Positions 1 through 16,684 of a stretch of DNA of 64,000 nucleotides are shown piece after piece (positions within the stretch are counted from its first letter, which is position 1; every line of letters begins with the position of its first letter). A model generated the notes under the pieces. That model saw only the letters and a list, made by a program, of their open reading frames with translations. It ran no database searches and was not told where the DNA came from. A program made the translations under genes and the position numbers. Source of the DNA: the human T2T-CHM13v2.0 reference genome, Homo sapiens; NCBI RefSeq assembly GCF_009914755.1, contig NC_060931.1. One strand, written 5' to 3'.

Positions 1-29
1 ACTAAAAGTCTAAATAGAGAGTTTACAGA

Positions 30-262
30 ATTTCCGATTCCAGATAAGTTCTGGAGATCTGTTGTACAATATCATGACTATACTTAATAGTAATGTTTAT
101 ACACTTGAAAACTGGAAAAAGAGGAGATCTTAAATGTTCTCAGAATAAGTGTATGAAGTGATGGATATGATAATTAGCTTCATTTAATCATTCCACAATA
201 TGTAAAATATCATGTTGTATACCATAAACATATACAGTTTCTATTTGTTAGTTTAAAAAAAA
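30..262 (+). mobile_element. Old L1M (L1MA/MB-type) 3' end with A-rich tail
   Basis: Typical L1M 3'UTR motifs (AAGTTCTGGAGATCT, GATCTTAAATGTTCTCA, GTGATGGATATG..AATTAGCTT..TTTAATCATTCCACAAT) followed by an A-rich tail. Confidence 0.8.
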
Positions 263-821
263 GAAGAGAAAAAAAAAGAGCTTGTATAAGTTCCAAGTGT
301 GCTTGGGCCACATGTGCCTAGAACCTAGAAATGCATTGTTTAGTAAAGGTACTTGCCTGGCACTCATATTGCCATATTCATTTCTAAGTTACACCTCCCA
401 TTTCACTGGTAATTTCTATATAGGTGCTGCATAAATGCCTGCTGCTCACTAAGGAGAAACACTTTCTAAATAAAACCGTGTGTGTGGAGTGCCAACAATT
501 ATAATCTTTCTCATGCCTGTCATTTGAGCAGAACTGCTCAGAGTGGTATGGCTCTAATTTGTTTTCAGAATATTAGATTTTAAAATTTCAGATTCTGGTA
601 TAATGTTGAGAAGTATGATATGTACAATATGATATTTGTACCTTTTACTCTGGCTCTAATTTGTTTTATGTTAAGAGAATAATTTTTAACAGATGCAGTT
701 TATACTTAGCTATCAATGGTGAAAGTTCTGATTTTCAAAATATATCCGAACTTACCCGAGCTAGTTCTTTTCTGACAATGGTGGGAGATCCTCTAGTTGC
801 TAAAGCATTGTTCTGTACTTA

Positions 822-891
822 CTATCTATCTATCTATCTATCTATCTACCTACCTATCCATCCATCCATCCATCCATCCATCCATCTATCT
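822..891. repeat. Compound (CTAT)n/(CTAC)n/(CCAT)n tetranucleotide microsatellite in the tail position of the adjacent Alu
   Basis: Directly visible; abuts the 3' end of the minus-strand Alu. Confidence 0.95.
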
Positions 892-1180
892 AGACAGAGT
901 TTTGCTCTTGTTGCTCAGGCTGGACTGCAGTGGCGGGATCTCAGCTCACTGCAACCTCTGCCTCCCGGGTTCAAGCGATTCTCCTCCCTCAGCCTCCTGT
1001 ATCCCAGCCTGTAGCTGGGATTACAGGCGCATGGCACCACCCCCAGCTAATTTTATATTTTTAGTAGAGACGGGGTTTCACCATGTTGGCCAGGCTGGTC
1101 TCAAACTCCTGACCTCAGGTGATCCTCCCGCCTCGGCCTCCCAAAGTGCTGGGATTACAGACATGAGCCACCGGACTCAG
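892..1180 (-). mobile_element. AluS (Sq-like)
   Basis: Reverse-complement Alu dimer, AGACAGAGTTTTGCTCTTGTTGC...CCCAAAGTGCTGGGATTACAG. Confidence 0.95.
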
Positions 1181-1182
1181 CA

Positions 1183-1418
<236 letters not shown>

Positions 1419-2613
1419 CTTTAAAAGTATTAGTTCATTTATTACTTAGAAAAAATGTTTAGGTTGGTTTTATTATTACCACGATTTTATAGATTGAAGT
1501 AATAATACAAGGGGGATCCAAAGTTAAAAAGAGTAAGCGATTTCTTCAAAGTCATGTCATTTCTAAGTGATGGGGCTGGAATCCAGTACCAGTCAGTCTG
1601 ATTAGAGAGAAGGTACTTGTGACTCAAATGTCAGCTTTCTGCTCCTGGTAAAGCCTTTTCAGGAGAAGAGTCCCAAGCACGATGTTTTTTTATGTTTTAC
1701 CCACACTTCCTGGCACAATGTAGTCCACAGCAAAAGATCAAAGAGGACTCCATTCAAGAAGAGGGGTCTGTGACTGAAATCACACTGCTGGTTGACTTTA
1801 TCTTCTCCTGAGAATGCCCGCCCAGCAGCTTCCCTCAAGCAAAATTGATCTGAAAACTTTAGGCACCGAAGATAAGATTCTAATGGAGAAAATCTTGATT
1901 TAGATTTCCTTAGGCATGGAGATATTCTAGGCCCTGCAGCATTCGGAAGGACTGAGAAGTGACATTCACTGAGTTAACTCCCTTAAATGTGGGGCTACAC
2001 AAAAATAGCCCTAAGAAAGGGACAAAACATATTTCAACCTTTCACAGATGAGGTTTAGAGAAATTAAATGTTTGCCCTGGATCCTGGAGCTAGTGAATGA
2101 CAAAGGAGTTCTTTTCACAATTCTGGTCATGTCTCATTTGCAACCCTTGTTTTACTGGAATAATGTAGTATGTTCTGGTGACAGTAGGTTCTGCCTTGCT
2201 TCCTTGGGCATAATGAGATGTAGCCGGGAGAAATGAGGTTATTGATTCCATGGCCTTTTCAATAAGTCAAGATTTTGAGATACTTAATAGTAGTCCACAC
2301 TAAATTAACATTCCTATGCTCTACTGACATTTTCTCTCAAGGAATCATCAGCACAGAGCTGTTACTAGTTCTCTCTCAATAAAACCTATTTCTCTTCCCC
2401 AAGGCTCCACAGTTTTTAGAAGAGAAAGATTCCTTGGACACTGTGTACTTATTAATGACAGTTCCTAAACATGTGAGAATAGCTGGAGGAGAGAACAACT
2501 GTACAGGAAAAATATAAATCTATTATTTCTCTATTCATTCATTCAGTTATTTTTGGTTTCTAGTAACAAGTGTCCTGACAGATTTCAGACCATTACCGTC
2601 TGTAGTGTTGTCC

Positions 2614-2626
2614 TGACACCTAGTGG
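2614..2626 (-). promoter_or_regulatory. Candidate CTCF motif (CCACTAGGTGTCA on minus strand)
   Basis: One mismatch to the CCACTAGGTGGCA core; motif match only. Confidence 0.5.
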
Positions 2627-3149
2627 GAGAATGAAAAACAAAAACGTTATTTTTAAAGAAGCATGTCTGCTATTATAATTTAGAAATTAAGTATACTTTA
2701 TGCATTGAAACAAAGCAGTGTTTTGACCTAAATAAAAAGTAGATAAGCACAAAGCTGCGAGTACATAATGCACTCACTTCCTTATAGTATCTGTCCTTGT
2801 ATGTTACAGTGATCAATTGCTGGCTAAATCCTTTTCTTCTGATCTATAAAATGTGTCCCACCCTAGATATGGTACTGTGAATACTAGAGACAACATATGT
2901 AAAATATATTATTTCAGCCAAAAACTACCTCCACTTTCTACTTACGAACTAAAAAGCAGTCAATTCTTCCTCTATTCCTTTTATTCATATTAGAGACCCA
3001 TTAGAGGATAATCTCCATCCACGCTTTGTCCTTCGTCCATTCTTCTCTCTGTCCTATATCAATGACCTATTCTAATTTCTGGCTTCTCCCTATCAGGATT
3101 TAAATATGCACAACTCTCCAGCATCATAAAACATTGAAAAAATTGAAAA

Positions 3150-3780
3150 CAACCACTATCAAAACAACTGTAGCAGAAAAGCACCCACCAATCAGCCAAA
3201 ACCTTTAACTGCCAGGTCCAACCTCTTCTCTTTTCCCCTGCTTTTCCCTTTATCGTCAAGCTTCTTAAAAGAAGACCTACACTTACCTCCTCCACGTTCT
3301 CTATTCAGATGGATTTAATAACCCACCTCAGTCCATATTCAGATAAGAATCCACAGAAAATGCTTTGCCCCCCAACATTCCCCATTGGCTTCTTTGTTAG
3401 ATAATCAGTGAACGCATTTTAATACTTATCTTGCATAACCACTGGGCAATATTTGAAATTCTTAGTCATTCTCTTTTTCTCCAGACATTCTTTAGTTTCC
3501 TAGAATCCATACTTTTCAGATTTTGTTCCTGCTTATCTTGGTACTCATTCTCAGCCTCCCTCTCTTGGTCGTATTCCATTACCCAACCCTTAAATGTTTT
3601 TGTCCCTTAGAAGTCTCATTGTGTCCATTTTTCTGCGCTGAGAACATTGTATTTGATAACTCCAATTTGTATCAATATATGCTGATGACTTCAAATTCCC
3701 AATTTCTGTCTAGATTTATATTTTTATATCCCAAGATCTACTCTTTGAGTAATGCAATTATTTAATGATAATGTCACTTG
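3150..3780 (+). mobile_element. L2 LINE relic (RT region)
   Basis: Pyrimidine-rich L2-like sequence containing TATGCTGATGAC (YADD) near 3678; boundaries approximate. Confidence 0.65.
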
Positions 3781-3958
3781 TTTTATGGAAGCCATTTCCC
3801 TGAACTCACACTAGATTAGGGACCCTCTTGTTTGCTTTCCAGTAGCACCATTTAAAAACCATTATCACAGTGACTCCTGTAACCATATTTTACGTTTTTA
3901 ATATAATTTATTTTCCCTTTTAAACCTTACCTTTTATACATTATCACAATCTCTTGTA

Positions 3959-4165
3959 TAGTAAGTCCTTCCTTAATGTTGTCAATAGATTCTTGGAAAC
4001 TATGACTTTAAACAAAACAACTTACAGCAGGTTCTTAAATAACTTCATTTCCTTCAAGTCATTTTGTCATAATGTTGATGAGGAAAAAGATGGTTTTGTT
4101 ATACATAATTTCTCTTAAAGCCAGTTTCCAAAAACCAACTGACAATGTTAAGTGAAGACTTTCTG
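3959..4165. mobile_element. MER6B-like TcMar-Tigger MITE
   Basis: Long terminal inverted repeats (AGTAAGTCCTTCCTTAATGTTGTCAATAG..TCTTGGAAACT / AGTTTCCAAAAACCAACTGACAATGTTAAGTGAAGACTTTCTG) with TA on both sides. Confidence 0.85.
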
Positions 4166-5308
4166 TATGTATATGATTCAAACATTGTAGAGGCAGATAG
4201 AGTAAAATGTGAATTTTCTTTTGCTATCTCCCTACTTTCAGACACACACCTATATACACACAAGCACATACACACAGATACACACAAGGACAGCCTCTCT
4301 CCTTCTCAGAGGTAAGAGGTTTGCAGTACACTTTTTTTCCTTGTATTCGTTTTCTGTACATTTCCATAATACATGTCATTACATGTTAACATAGTTTGTT
4401 TCAACTATCGCATTTGTTGCTGCCTCTTGAGTAATTTTTACTTTTTTTAAAAACATGTATTACATACACCTTGCCAATGTAAGTAAATACTTCACCCCAA
4501 AAATTGCACCAGCTGCCAGGCATATCCGCTAAGTTTAGTGAAACCTTTCAGGCCTACAGAACTATAAATAATCAGCAAGGAGTACATTAAATTAACAGCT
4601 ACTGTTTCCAATGATGCCTAGCTTACCGGCAGAAATTATACAGGTAATACGGAAGTATAATCAATATGCCAATGCTTTATATTGAAAGACTAAGTGTTTT
4701 ACCAATGCATTTTCATACATATTATTTGATTTTAATAAAAATCCAGGGAAATATATAAGATGTCAGTGATGTGTAATTGTTCAAGAAACAACTGAGGTCA
4801 AATCGTATTTATTTCATTTTTCTTTTGGAGAGAACATCATCTTTGATGATAGAAGTAAATCATCTCCTAATATCAATACTGCTTTAAATTTATTGAGTCA
4901 ATATGCTATATAGTTGTTAATTTCAGAAGTTTTAAAAATATCTGGCACTTTGCCAGAGTATAGACATGTCATTTTCATAGGTATATGGAATATTTAGACC
5001 ACATAACAGGTACTAAATACATCCAAGTTTCTAACTTTTTGTTTCCCTTCGTATTCCTCAAAAAAACATGAATTTAAGTGAATGAAAATATCACAAGTAA
5101 AGAATTTTTAGGTTACAGAACTCTGTGTATTACCTGGCCACATACAATAGGAAATGCAACATTACACTTAGCTTATTATTGTAAATTTTATAAAACATTA
5201 TATATATATATGCCATATAGTGTAAATCAAGATATTATAAAATACTGTATTTAGATTTTACATCCCTGTTCTACCTTCGGCAAATTACATAACTTCTTTA
5301 AGTCTCAG

Positions 5309-5845
5309 TGTGGCAGATGGAATTCTAAGATGGCTCCCCATGTTCCCTGGCCCCTACTTCTCCCACTTAAAGACTAATCTCAGTTTGCTGCAAAAGGATT
5401 TTTCAGATGTACTTAAGGTTCTGAGTCAGGTCAGCTTAAATTAGGCATATTATCTGAGTGGGCCTGCCATAACCACATGACCCTTTAATGGCAGAGAGCT
5501 CACTCTTGCTGGTAACAAGGGGAAATCAGAGATTCTAATAAAAGGAGAATTTGAGATGCCACTGCTAGCTTGAAAGAGGGATGGGGCCACATGGCAAGGA
5601 ATTCAGATGGTCTGTAGGAGCTGGTAGAGCCCTGAGCTGTCAGGCAGCAAGAAGAAGAAAACTTCTGTCACTCAACCACAGGAACTGAATTCCTCCAACC
5701 AAAAAATGACCTTGGAAGCAGATTTTTCACTAAAGCCTTTGGATAAGGACTCAGTCAACATACCTTGAACAGAGAAACCAATCATTATACCATCAGACCT
5801 CTAACATACAAAACAAATAACATACAAATTAATAAATGTGTTTTA
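5309..5845 (+). mobile_element. MLT1E-type ERVL-MaLR solo LTR
   Basis: Starts TGTGGCAGATGGAATTCTAAGATGGC; contains GGGGCCACATGGCAAGGAA and GGAACTGAATTC motifs; 3' end approximate. Confidence 0.8.
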
Positions 5846-6868
5846 AACTTCAAAATAACCTATACATCTATGCATCTGTGACTCTCTATGATCATTTTTA
5901 AATGATGTCTTAGATAACTATCCAGAGAGAGAGAGAGGGATAGAGAGAGAGATGGAAAGGGATCCACCTGTTTCTATGAATACATATTTAGATTATTTCC
6001 TTTTTTTTCTGCAGTGAGCATCCTGGTACATAAATCTCTGTGTATGTTGGAATCATGATAGCTTTATAGGAACAATGCTAAGAATACATGAAGTTTGAAT
6101 TTTGATTGATGCTGTCAATTTGCCTTTCCTGAAGTTTATGTTGCCGTTATTAATATTTTAAAAATATTCAAAGCAATAAATATTATAGACCTAATTTGTA
6201 TTCTCCAGTTACTAATAAAGCTGAGAATATTTTCATATGTTTAAATATTATTTGCATTTAATTGTGATAACTTTCCAACTTTCTAAGATATTTGTCTTTT
6301 TTCAAAATGAAAGGTGATCTTTATATATTAATTATTTATCAACATATTTTGCAATTCATTTACAGATTATAAGCTTACTACTTACCAGACACTGTTGTTT
6401 GTACTTGAGATTTGGTGGTGAATGCTACAAATGAGTTCATTTCTTTCATTCATGCTTTTTAAATTTATTCTAGAGAGATGGGAAACACCATAATTTGATA
6501 AGTCTGATAGTGGTAACTGCTATGAAGAAAACAAAACAATATGATACAAGAGATATTGAGTGGTTAGAAAGGCTTTTTTGAAGAAGAGATATTTTAGCTC
6601 AGAATGAAATCGTAAGCAGGCAATAGGCAGGTGCCTGGTGAAACAGGGGGAACCATTTTGCAGGGAGACAGAAGAGTGTGGAAGGAAAAGGGAGCTCAGG
6701 TCTAAGATCTGAACACTTAGAGGTGGACACCACGAGGAAACCCAGAAAAGGGACTAAAAAGAAAGAGCCAGGCAAAGTGGAGAACCAGGAATATGACACA
6801 GAATCCACCGTGAAGAAAAACGACCTTCATTATTTTACAGAACTAAAAAAAGGGTGTTGGGGGTGGAA

Positions 6869-7135
6869 GGTGAGAAAATGGCTCATACCTATAATCTTAG
6901 CATTCTGGGAGGCCAAGGTGGGAGGATTACTCAATGCCAGGAATTTGAGACCAGCTTGGGCAACATAGGCAGACCCATCTCTCTTAAAAAAAAAAAAATT
7001 AAAATTAAAAATAGCCAGACATTGTGGTAGTCCCAACTACTTGGGCAGCTGAGGCAGGAGAATCCCTGTGCTAGGAGTTCAAGGATGCAGTGAGCTATTG
7101 ATCATATCACTGCGCTCTAGCCTGGGTGACAGCTG

Positions 7136-7168
<33 letters not shown>

Positions 7169-7169
7169 A
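6869..7169 (+). mobile_element. AluJ with (CAA)n tail
   Basis: Diverged dimer with J-type GGGAGGATT...CAGG and GCAGTGAGCTAT; tail is an (ACA)n repeat. Confidence 0.9.
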
Positions 7170-8384
7170 AGACCATTTTTGTGGTTGGCCAGAATGGAGG
7201 TTCATTGCATTGGGAAGTAGAGTAAATTGTGATGGTGAGAAAGGACACAGTGACTATAGACAACACATGCCATGAAGGGAAACAGGAAGTAAGGTGGTAG
7301 CTATGGTTCGCTGAGGGGTATTGGAACATATTTAAGTGGAAACATCTGCTATAAAGTGATATAATGAAGTTGTAGAAGAAAAAAGGAATATTGACAAGAA
7401 CCATATTGTTGGGATAACAAGAGAAATAGAGATATAGGGCATAAGAAAAATGCTTGTAGCCTTTGAGAGAATGGGAATGTTTATTTTAAGAGGAGCCTGA
7501 CGCATGTAGAAAAGATGGTTGAATGAATTATAGGAGAATACGGAAATTTCATTTCACTGCCTCTAGTTTCTCAATGAAATCCATGAAGCAAGCCACAGCA
7601 TAAAGGCAGTGAATGTGGGGGCAGCGTGGGAAAGAGTCATTATATATGAGAAGAAAAAAAGATGTGTAAAACTACCATTTTCCAAGAAAAGGGATTAAAA
7701 AACACCTGGACAGGCAGTGCATAGGACCAGTTTAAGATTTACCATTATCACAAAATGCCCTTTTCCCCTCGCACTTAAATTTTCCTTTGGTTGAGTACAG
7801 ACTTAAGTTAAAATTGTTTTATCTCACAGCTTTAAATATAATTATTTTCTCACTCTTCTTGTGAGAAATCTCGTGTAAATCTGATTTTCATTCTTTTGGA
7901 GATAACCTTTCCTCTCATTTCTTAATTTTACTTCTCTGCAGCTTTTAACATTATCTTTATGCTTTCAAAATGATATGTCCAGATGTAAATCTATTGCTAA
8001 AATTCATCTTGTAAGTCACTTAGTTTGATAGAAGATATATATCTGTTTTCAGCTCTAGATAATTTTCTTTTAATATTTCTAACTTGCTATTTTCTTTCTT
8101 TACTCCGTAGACCTTGGAAGTTCTGAATCCATCATTTTTTTTAGTGGTAATTATTTTTTTTATTTTTGTTATTATTATTATTATACTTTAAGTTTTAGGG
8201 TACATGTGCACAATGTGCAGGTTTCTTACATACGTATACCTGTGCCATGTTGGTGTGCTACACCCATTAACTCGTCATTTAGCATTAGATATATCTCCTA
8301 AGGCTATCCCTCCCCCCTCCCCCCACCCCACAACCGTCCCTGGAGTGTGATGTTCCCCTTCCCGTGTCCATGTGTTCTCACTGT

Positions 8385-12210
<3,826 letters not shown>

Positions 12211-12273
12211 CATGATGTGACCTGGTTATTTTGCTCGTTAGTTGATGCAGTTTCTTCCTAGCCTTGATGGTCT

Positions 12274-13289
12274 TTACATTTTGGCATGTTTTTGCAGTGG
12301 CTGGTACCGGTTGTTCCTTTCCATGTTTAGTGCTTCCTTCAGGATCTCTTTTAGGGCAGGCCTGGTGGTGACAAAATCTCTCAGCATTTGCTTGTCTGTA
12401 AAGTATTTTAATTCTCCTTCACTTATGAAACTTAGTTTGGCTGGATATGAAATTCTGGGTTGAAAATTCTTTTCTTTAAGAATGTTGAATATTGGCCCTC
12501 AGTCTCTTCTGGCTTGTAGAGTTTCTGCCAAGAGATCTGCTGTTAGTCTCATGGGCTTCCCTTTGTGGTAACCCGATCTTTCTCTCTGGCTGCCCTTAAC
12601 ATTTTTTCCTTCATTTCAGCTTTGGTGAATCTGACAATTATGTGTCTTGGAGTTGCTCTTCTCGAGGAGTATCTTTGTGGCGTTCTTTGTATTTCCTGAA
12701 TGTGAATGTTGGCCTGCCTTGCTAGATTGGGGAAATTCTCCTGGATAATATCCTTTGGAGTGTTTTCCAACTTGGTTCCATTCTCCCCGTCATTTTCAGG
12801 TACACCAATCAGACGTAGATTTGGTCTTTTCACATAGTCCCATATTTCTTGGAGGCTTTGTTTGTTTCTTTTTATTCTTTTTTCTCTAAACTTCCCTTCT
12901 CACTTCATTTCATTCATTTCGTCTTCCATCACTGATACCCTTTCTTCCAGTTGATCATATCAGCTCCTGAGGCTTCTGCATTCTTCACGTAGTTCTCGTG
13001 CCTTGACCTTCAGCTCCATCAGCTCCTTTAAGCACTTCTCTGCATTGGTTATTCTAGTTATCCATTCGTCTAATTTTTTTTCAAAGTTTTTAACTTCTTT
13101 GCCATTGGTTTGAATTTCCTCCTGTAGCTCAGAGTAGTATGATCGTCTGAAGCCTTCTTCTCTCAGCTTGTCAAAGTCATTTTCCGTCCAGTTTTGTTCC
13201 ATTGCTGGTGAGGAGCTGCGTTGCTTTGGAGGAGGAGAGGCGCTCTGCTTTTTAGAGTTTCCAGTTTTTCTGCTCTGTTTTTTCCCCAT
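12274..13289 (-). pseudogene. L1 ORF1 (RNA-binding protein), disrupted
   Basis: MGKKQSRKTGNSK... stops after 109 aa (12960); later frameshift near 12570. Confidence 0.95.
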
Positions 13290-14309
13290 CTTTGTGGTTT
13301 TATCTACTTTTGGTCTTTGATGATGGTGACGTACAGAAGGGTTTTTGGTGTGGATGTCCTTTCTGTTTGTTAGTTTTCCTTCTAACAGACAGGACCCTCA
13401 GCTGCAGGTCTGTTGGAGTTTGCTAGAGGTCCACTCCAGACCCTGTTTGCCTGGGGGTATCAGCAGCAGTGGCTGTAGAACAGCAGATCTTGGTGAACCG
13501 CAAATGCTGCTGCCTGATCGTTCCTCTGGAAGTTTTGTCTCAGAGGAGTACCCGGCCATGTGAGGTGTCTGTCCCTACTGGGGTGTGCCTTCCAGTTAGG
13601 CTGCTCAGGGGTCAAGGACCCACTTGAGGAGGCAGTCTGTCCGTTCTCAGATCTCCAGCTGCGTGCTGGGAGAACCACTACTCTCTTCAAAGCTGTCAGA
13701 CAGGGACATTGAAGTCTGCAGAGGTTACTGCTGTCTTTTTGTTTGTCTGTGCCCTGCCCCCAGAGGTGGAGCCTACAGAGGCAGGCAGGCCTCCTTGAGC
13801 TGTGGTGGGCTCCACCCAGTTCGAGCTTCCTGGCTGCTTTGTTTACCCAATCAAGCCTGGGCAATGGCAGGTGCCCCTCCCCCAGCCTCGCTGCCGCCTT
13901 GCAGTTTGATCTCAGATTGCTGTGCTAGCAATCACCGGGACTCTGTGGGCATAGGACCCTCTGAGCCAGGTGTAGGATATAATCTCCTGGTGAGCCGTTT
14001 TTTAAGCCCATCGGAAAAGCGCAGTATTGGGGTGGGAGTGACCCGATTTTCCAGGTGCCGTCTGTCACCCCTTTCTTTGACTAGGAAAGAGAACTCCCTG
14101 GCCCCTTGTGCTTCCTGAGTGAGGCAGTGATTCGCCCTGCTTCAGCTCGCGCACAGTGCACTGTACCTACTGTCCTGCACACACTGCCTGGCACTCCCTA
14201 GTGAGATGAACCCGGTACCTCAGATGGAAATTCAGAAATCACCCATGTTCTGCGTCACTCAGGCTGGGAGCTGTAGACCGGAGCTGTTCCTATTCGGCCA
14301 TCTTGGCTC
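13290..14309 (-). promoter_or_regulatory. L1 5'UTR with sense and antisense promoter region
   Basis: YY1 site CAAGATGGCC at the 5' end; relatively GC-rich; retains the ~130-bp segment (13419-13548) absent from L1HS/L1PA2. Confidence 0.8.
13864..14118 (+). CDS. L1 antisense ORF0-like open frame, 84 aa
   Basis: MAGAPPPASLPPCSLISDCCASNHRDSVGIGPSEPGVGY... is open from the ATG at 13864 to the TGA at 14118; expression unknown. Confidence 0.5.
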   Translation: MAGAPPPASLPPCSLISDCCASNHRDSVGIGPSEPGVGYNLLVSRFLSPSEKRSIGVGVTRFSRCRLSPLSLTRKENSLAPCAS

Positions 14310-16670
14310 TCTGAATCCATCTTCTAAGTAGCCTAATACTTTTCTGCTTCCTTTCCCCTTTTGCATAGTATTTTGGGAGTATTCCTTGATTCATACCTTC
14401 AGCATACTACTGAATTTAGCCCAAATGCCTTTTGTGTGCTGACCTTCCCATTGCAGGCTTGCTTCAGTGGTTCTGGGAAGCACCATGGTCCTCTCCAGCC
14501 CAGGGCACATTCTCAGTGCTTTAACCTTTGGGCACACACCATGTCAGCCATTCCTCTGCACAGATGGGGTCAGGAGAAAGAGTTTCATGGCTCAACTGAT
14601 GCAGCTGCAGTTCTCTACTTGATTTCCTGATAACCAAGGTTCTTATGCAGCTCCTTACATCTACTGACTCAGTGCTCAGGGATTTTACAGGGCCATAACC
14701 ACATTTGCAGCTGTTTTCTTCCATGCATTTTGGATTGTTGTTTCTTTTGTCATTCTTTCTTATGTGCTTTTTTGTTGTTAGGAATTCCTCAAAATTTTTA
14801 GTTTGCTGCTGGCACTTTTTCTACTCCTCCATAATGTCATCTGTTTATTATTTCAGGGATATATGGGACAGTGCAAAGTACCACATAGCAAATGGAAAAA
14901 TATGCCTAGAGTGCACTCTTGATCTCCTCTATCATTCAGCATCAGAATTGCCAATTGTCTTGTCATTGCCAAACAGCTCCATAGTAGAAATGGATGTATC
15001 TAGTTTATTACTGTAAATGCTCTATCCCTTTTGCTAGCATAATGCCTGGGTTAGATATAGTAAGTACTATAATAATCAAAATATTAGCAGTTTTTAATAA
15101 AAATATATTAATGTAAATCATCAATATGCTATCATTATTAATATTATAAATCTTAAGCTTTCAAAAATGCATGTGAAATTTAATTGTGTTCAAATTCCAG
15201 ATAAGTTTATGGCACATAGTACTCACCTTGTCTAGCTATGTTTTTATTATTATTATTATTAACAATATAAGGGTATATTTGGTATAGCCTTTGGGATTTT
15301 ATTTGGTTTTTCATCTCTTGATTCCTTGACACGTAGAATTGCATTATTTGGGAAGGGCATCCACCAGAGCAGTCCAGAAATTTTGGAAACTTGAACAATG
15401 GCAGCATGTGACTCTCTGAACTGCACATTATGGCAGTGCCCAAGATAGATTCTAATTAGCTGAGATTGTCACTGCATTTTATCCTATGAAGTGTGCTTTG
15501 GAGGAAGCTCTTCTATCTAGTAAAAACAGTGTCAACATATTCAAACAATACAATGGCTGTCTAGGGCGTTGAGTTCCCCAAAGTGTGATTTTGGTGAAAT
15601 TATTTCTTTATCCTACCCTTTGTTTAGGAAGAATTTAGGATATCTTACAATATATAAATAGATGAGGAAAACATATTCTAAGCAGTTAAAAAGAGAAGAA
15701 TACAAACAAGAACCATAAATGTGGTGCAGAAAACAAAAGCAGGAATTAATTAAGCTAATACAAAAAGTGGGACAGTAGTATCATACTTCCTAGAGGTGGA
15801 TCATCCCTAGTAAATATTTACTTCTAGTAAATATTTTAAATAGGCAAGCTATCTCATTCTGTCATGAAATTTAAAGTAGCTGTACATTTATAATAAAACA
15901 AAATTATTTGCAACAATTATATAGAGTTTAAATACCAAAATATAACTTATCTCACCAGAGTCAGCAAATAACTCCCCCCAACACCCATTTCCTATACCTA
16001 TCAAAATGGCATGTTTATAGTATACGCTGGTAAAATGCTAGATATTTTAAAACTTTTGAAATTAACAACTATATACATATCGACTCAATAATATCTTAAG
16101 CAGCATTGAGGTTAACAGATGATTTTCTTTTATCACCAAAGATGATGTTCCCTCCCAAAGGAAAATTTAAAAAAATGATTTGACCTCAGTTGTTGCTTGA
16201 ACAATTACACATGACTGACATCTCATATATTTCCCTGGAATTTTTTAAAAATTAAACAATATGTACGAAAATGTATCTGTAAAACAGTTACTCTTTTAAT
16301 ATAAAGCACTGGCATATTGATTATTACTTACCTATTACCTATACAATTTCTGTAGGTTAGCTAGGCATCTTTGGAAATAGTAGCTGTTAATGTGTTCTTT
16401 GGTGACATTTATGGTTCTGCAGGCCTTACAGGTTTCAATAAACTTTATGAATATGCCTAGCAGCTGGTGGGGGTAGGTCATTCATGTGTATATTAACCTG
16501 ATAACCTCTATCTAAATTTTCTTCAAAATTTTCCCAGGTGGTCTATGAGGATTCTCAAGATGTTGTTTATAAATGTATGTACAAGTAAATATGTTAGATT
16601 GTTTTAATTGTCCCAGAATAGGAATTAACTCATGTTCTTTTAACCCTTTAATCTTATTTCTAGTCTGCAG

Positions 16671-16684
16671 CCACCAGGTGGCAG
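16671..16684 (+). promoter_or_regulatory. Strong CTCF motif CCACCAGGTGGCAG
   Basis: Near-perfect match to the CTCF core consensus. Confidence 0.75.

Noticed and set aside
7117-7404. ORF with a poly-cysteine tract
   Set aside because: It is the reverse complement of the (CAA)n Alu tail.
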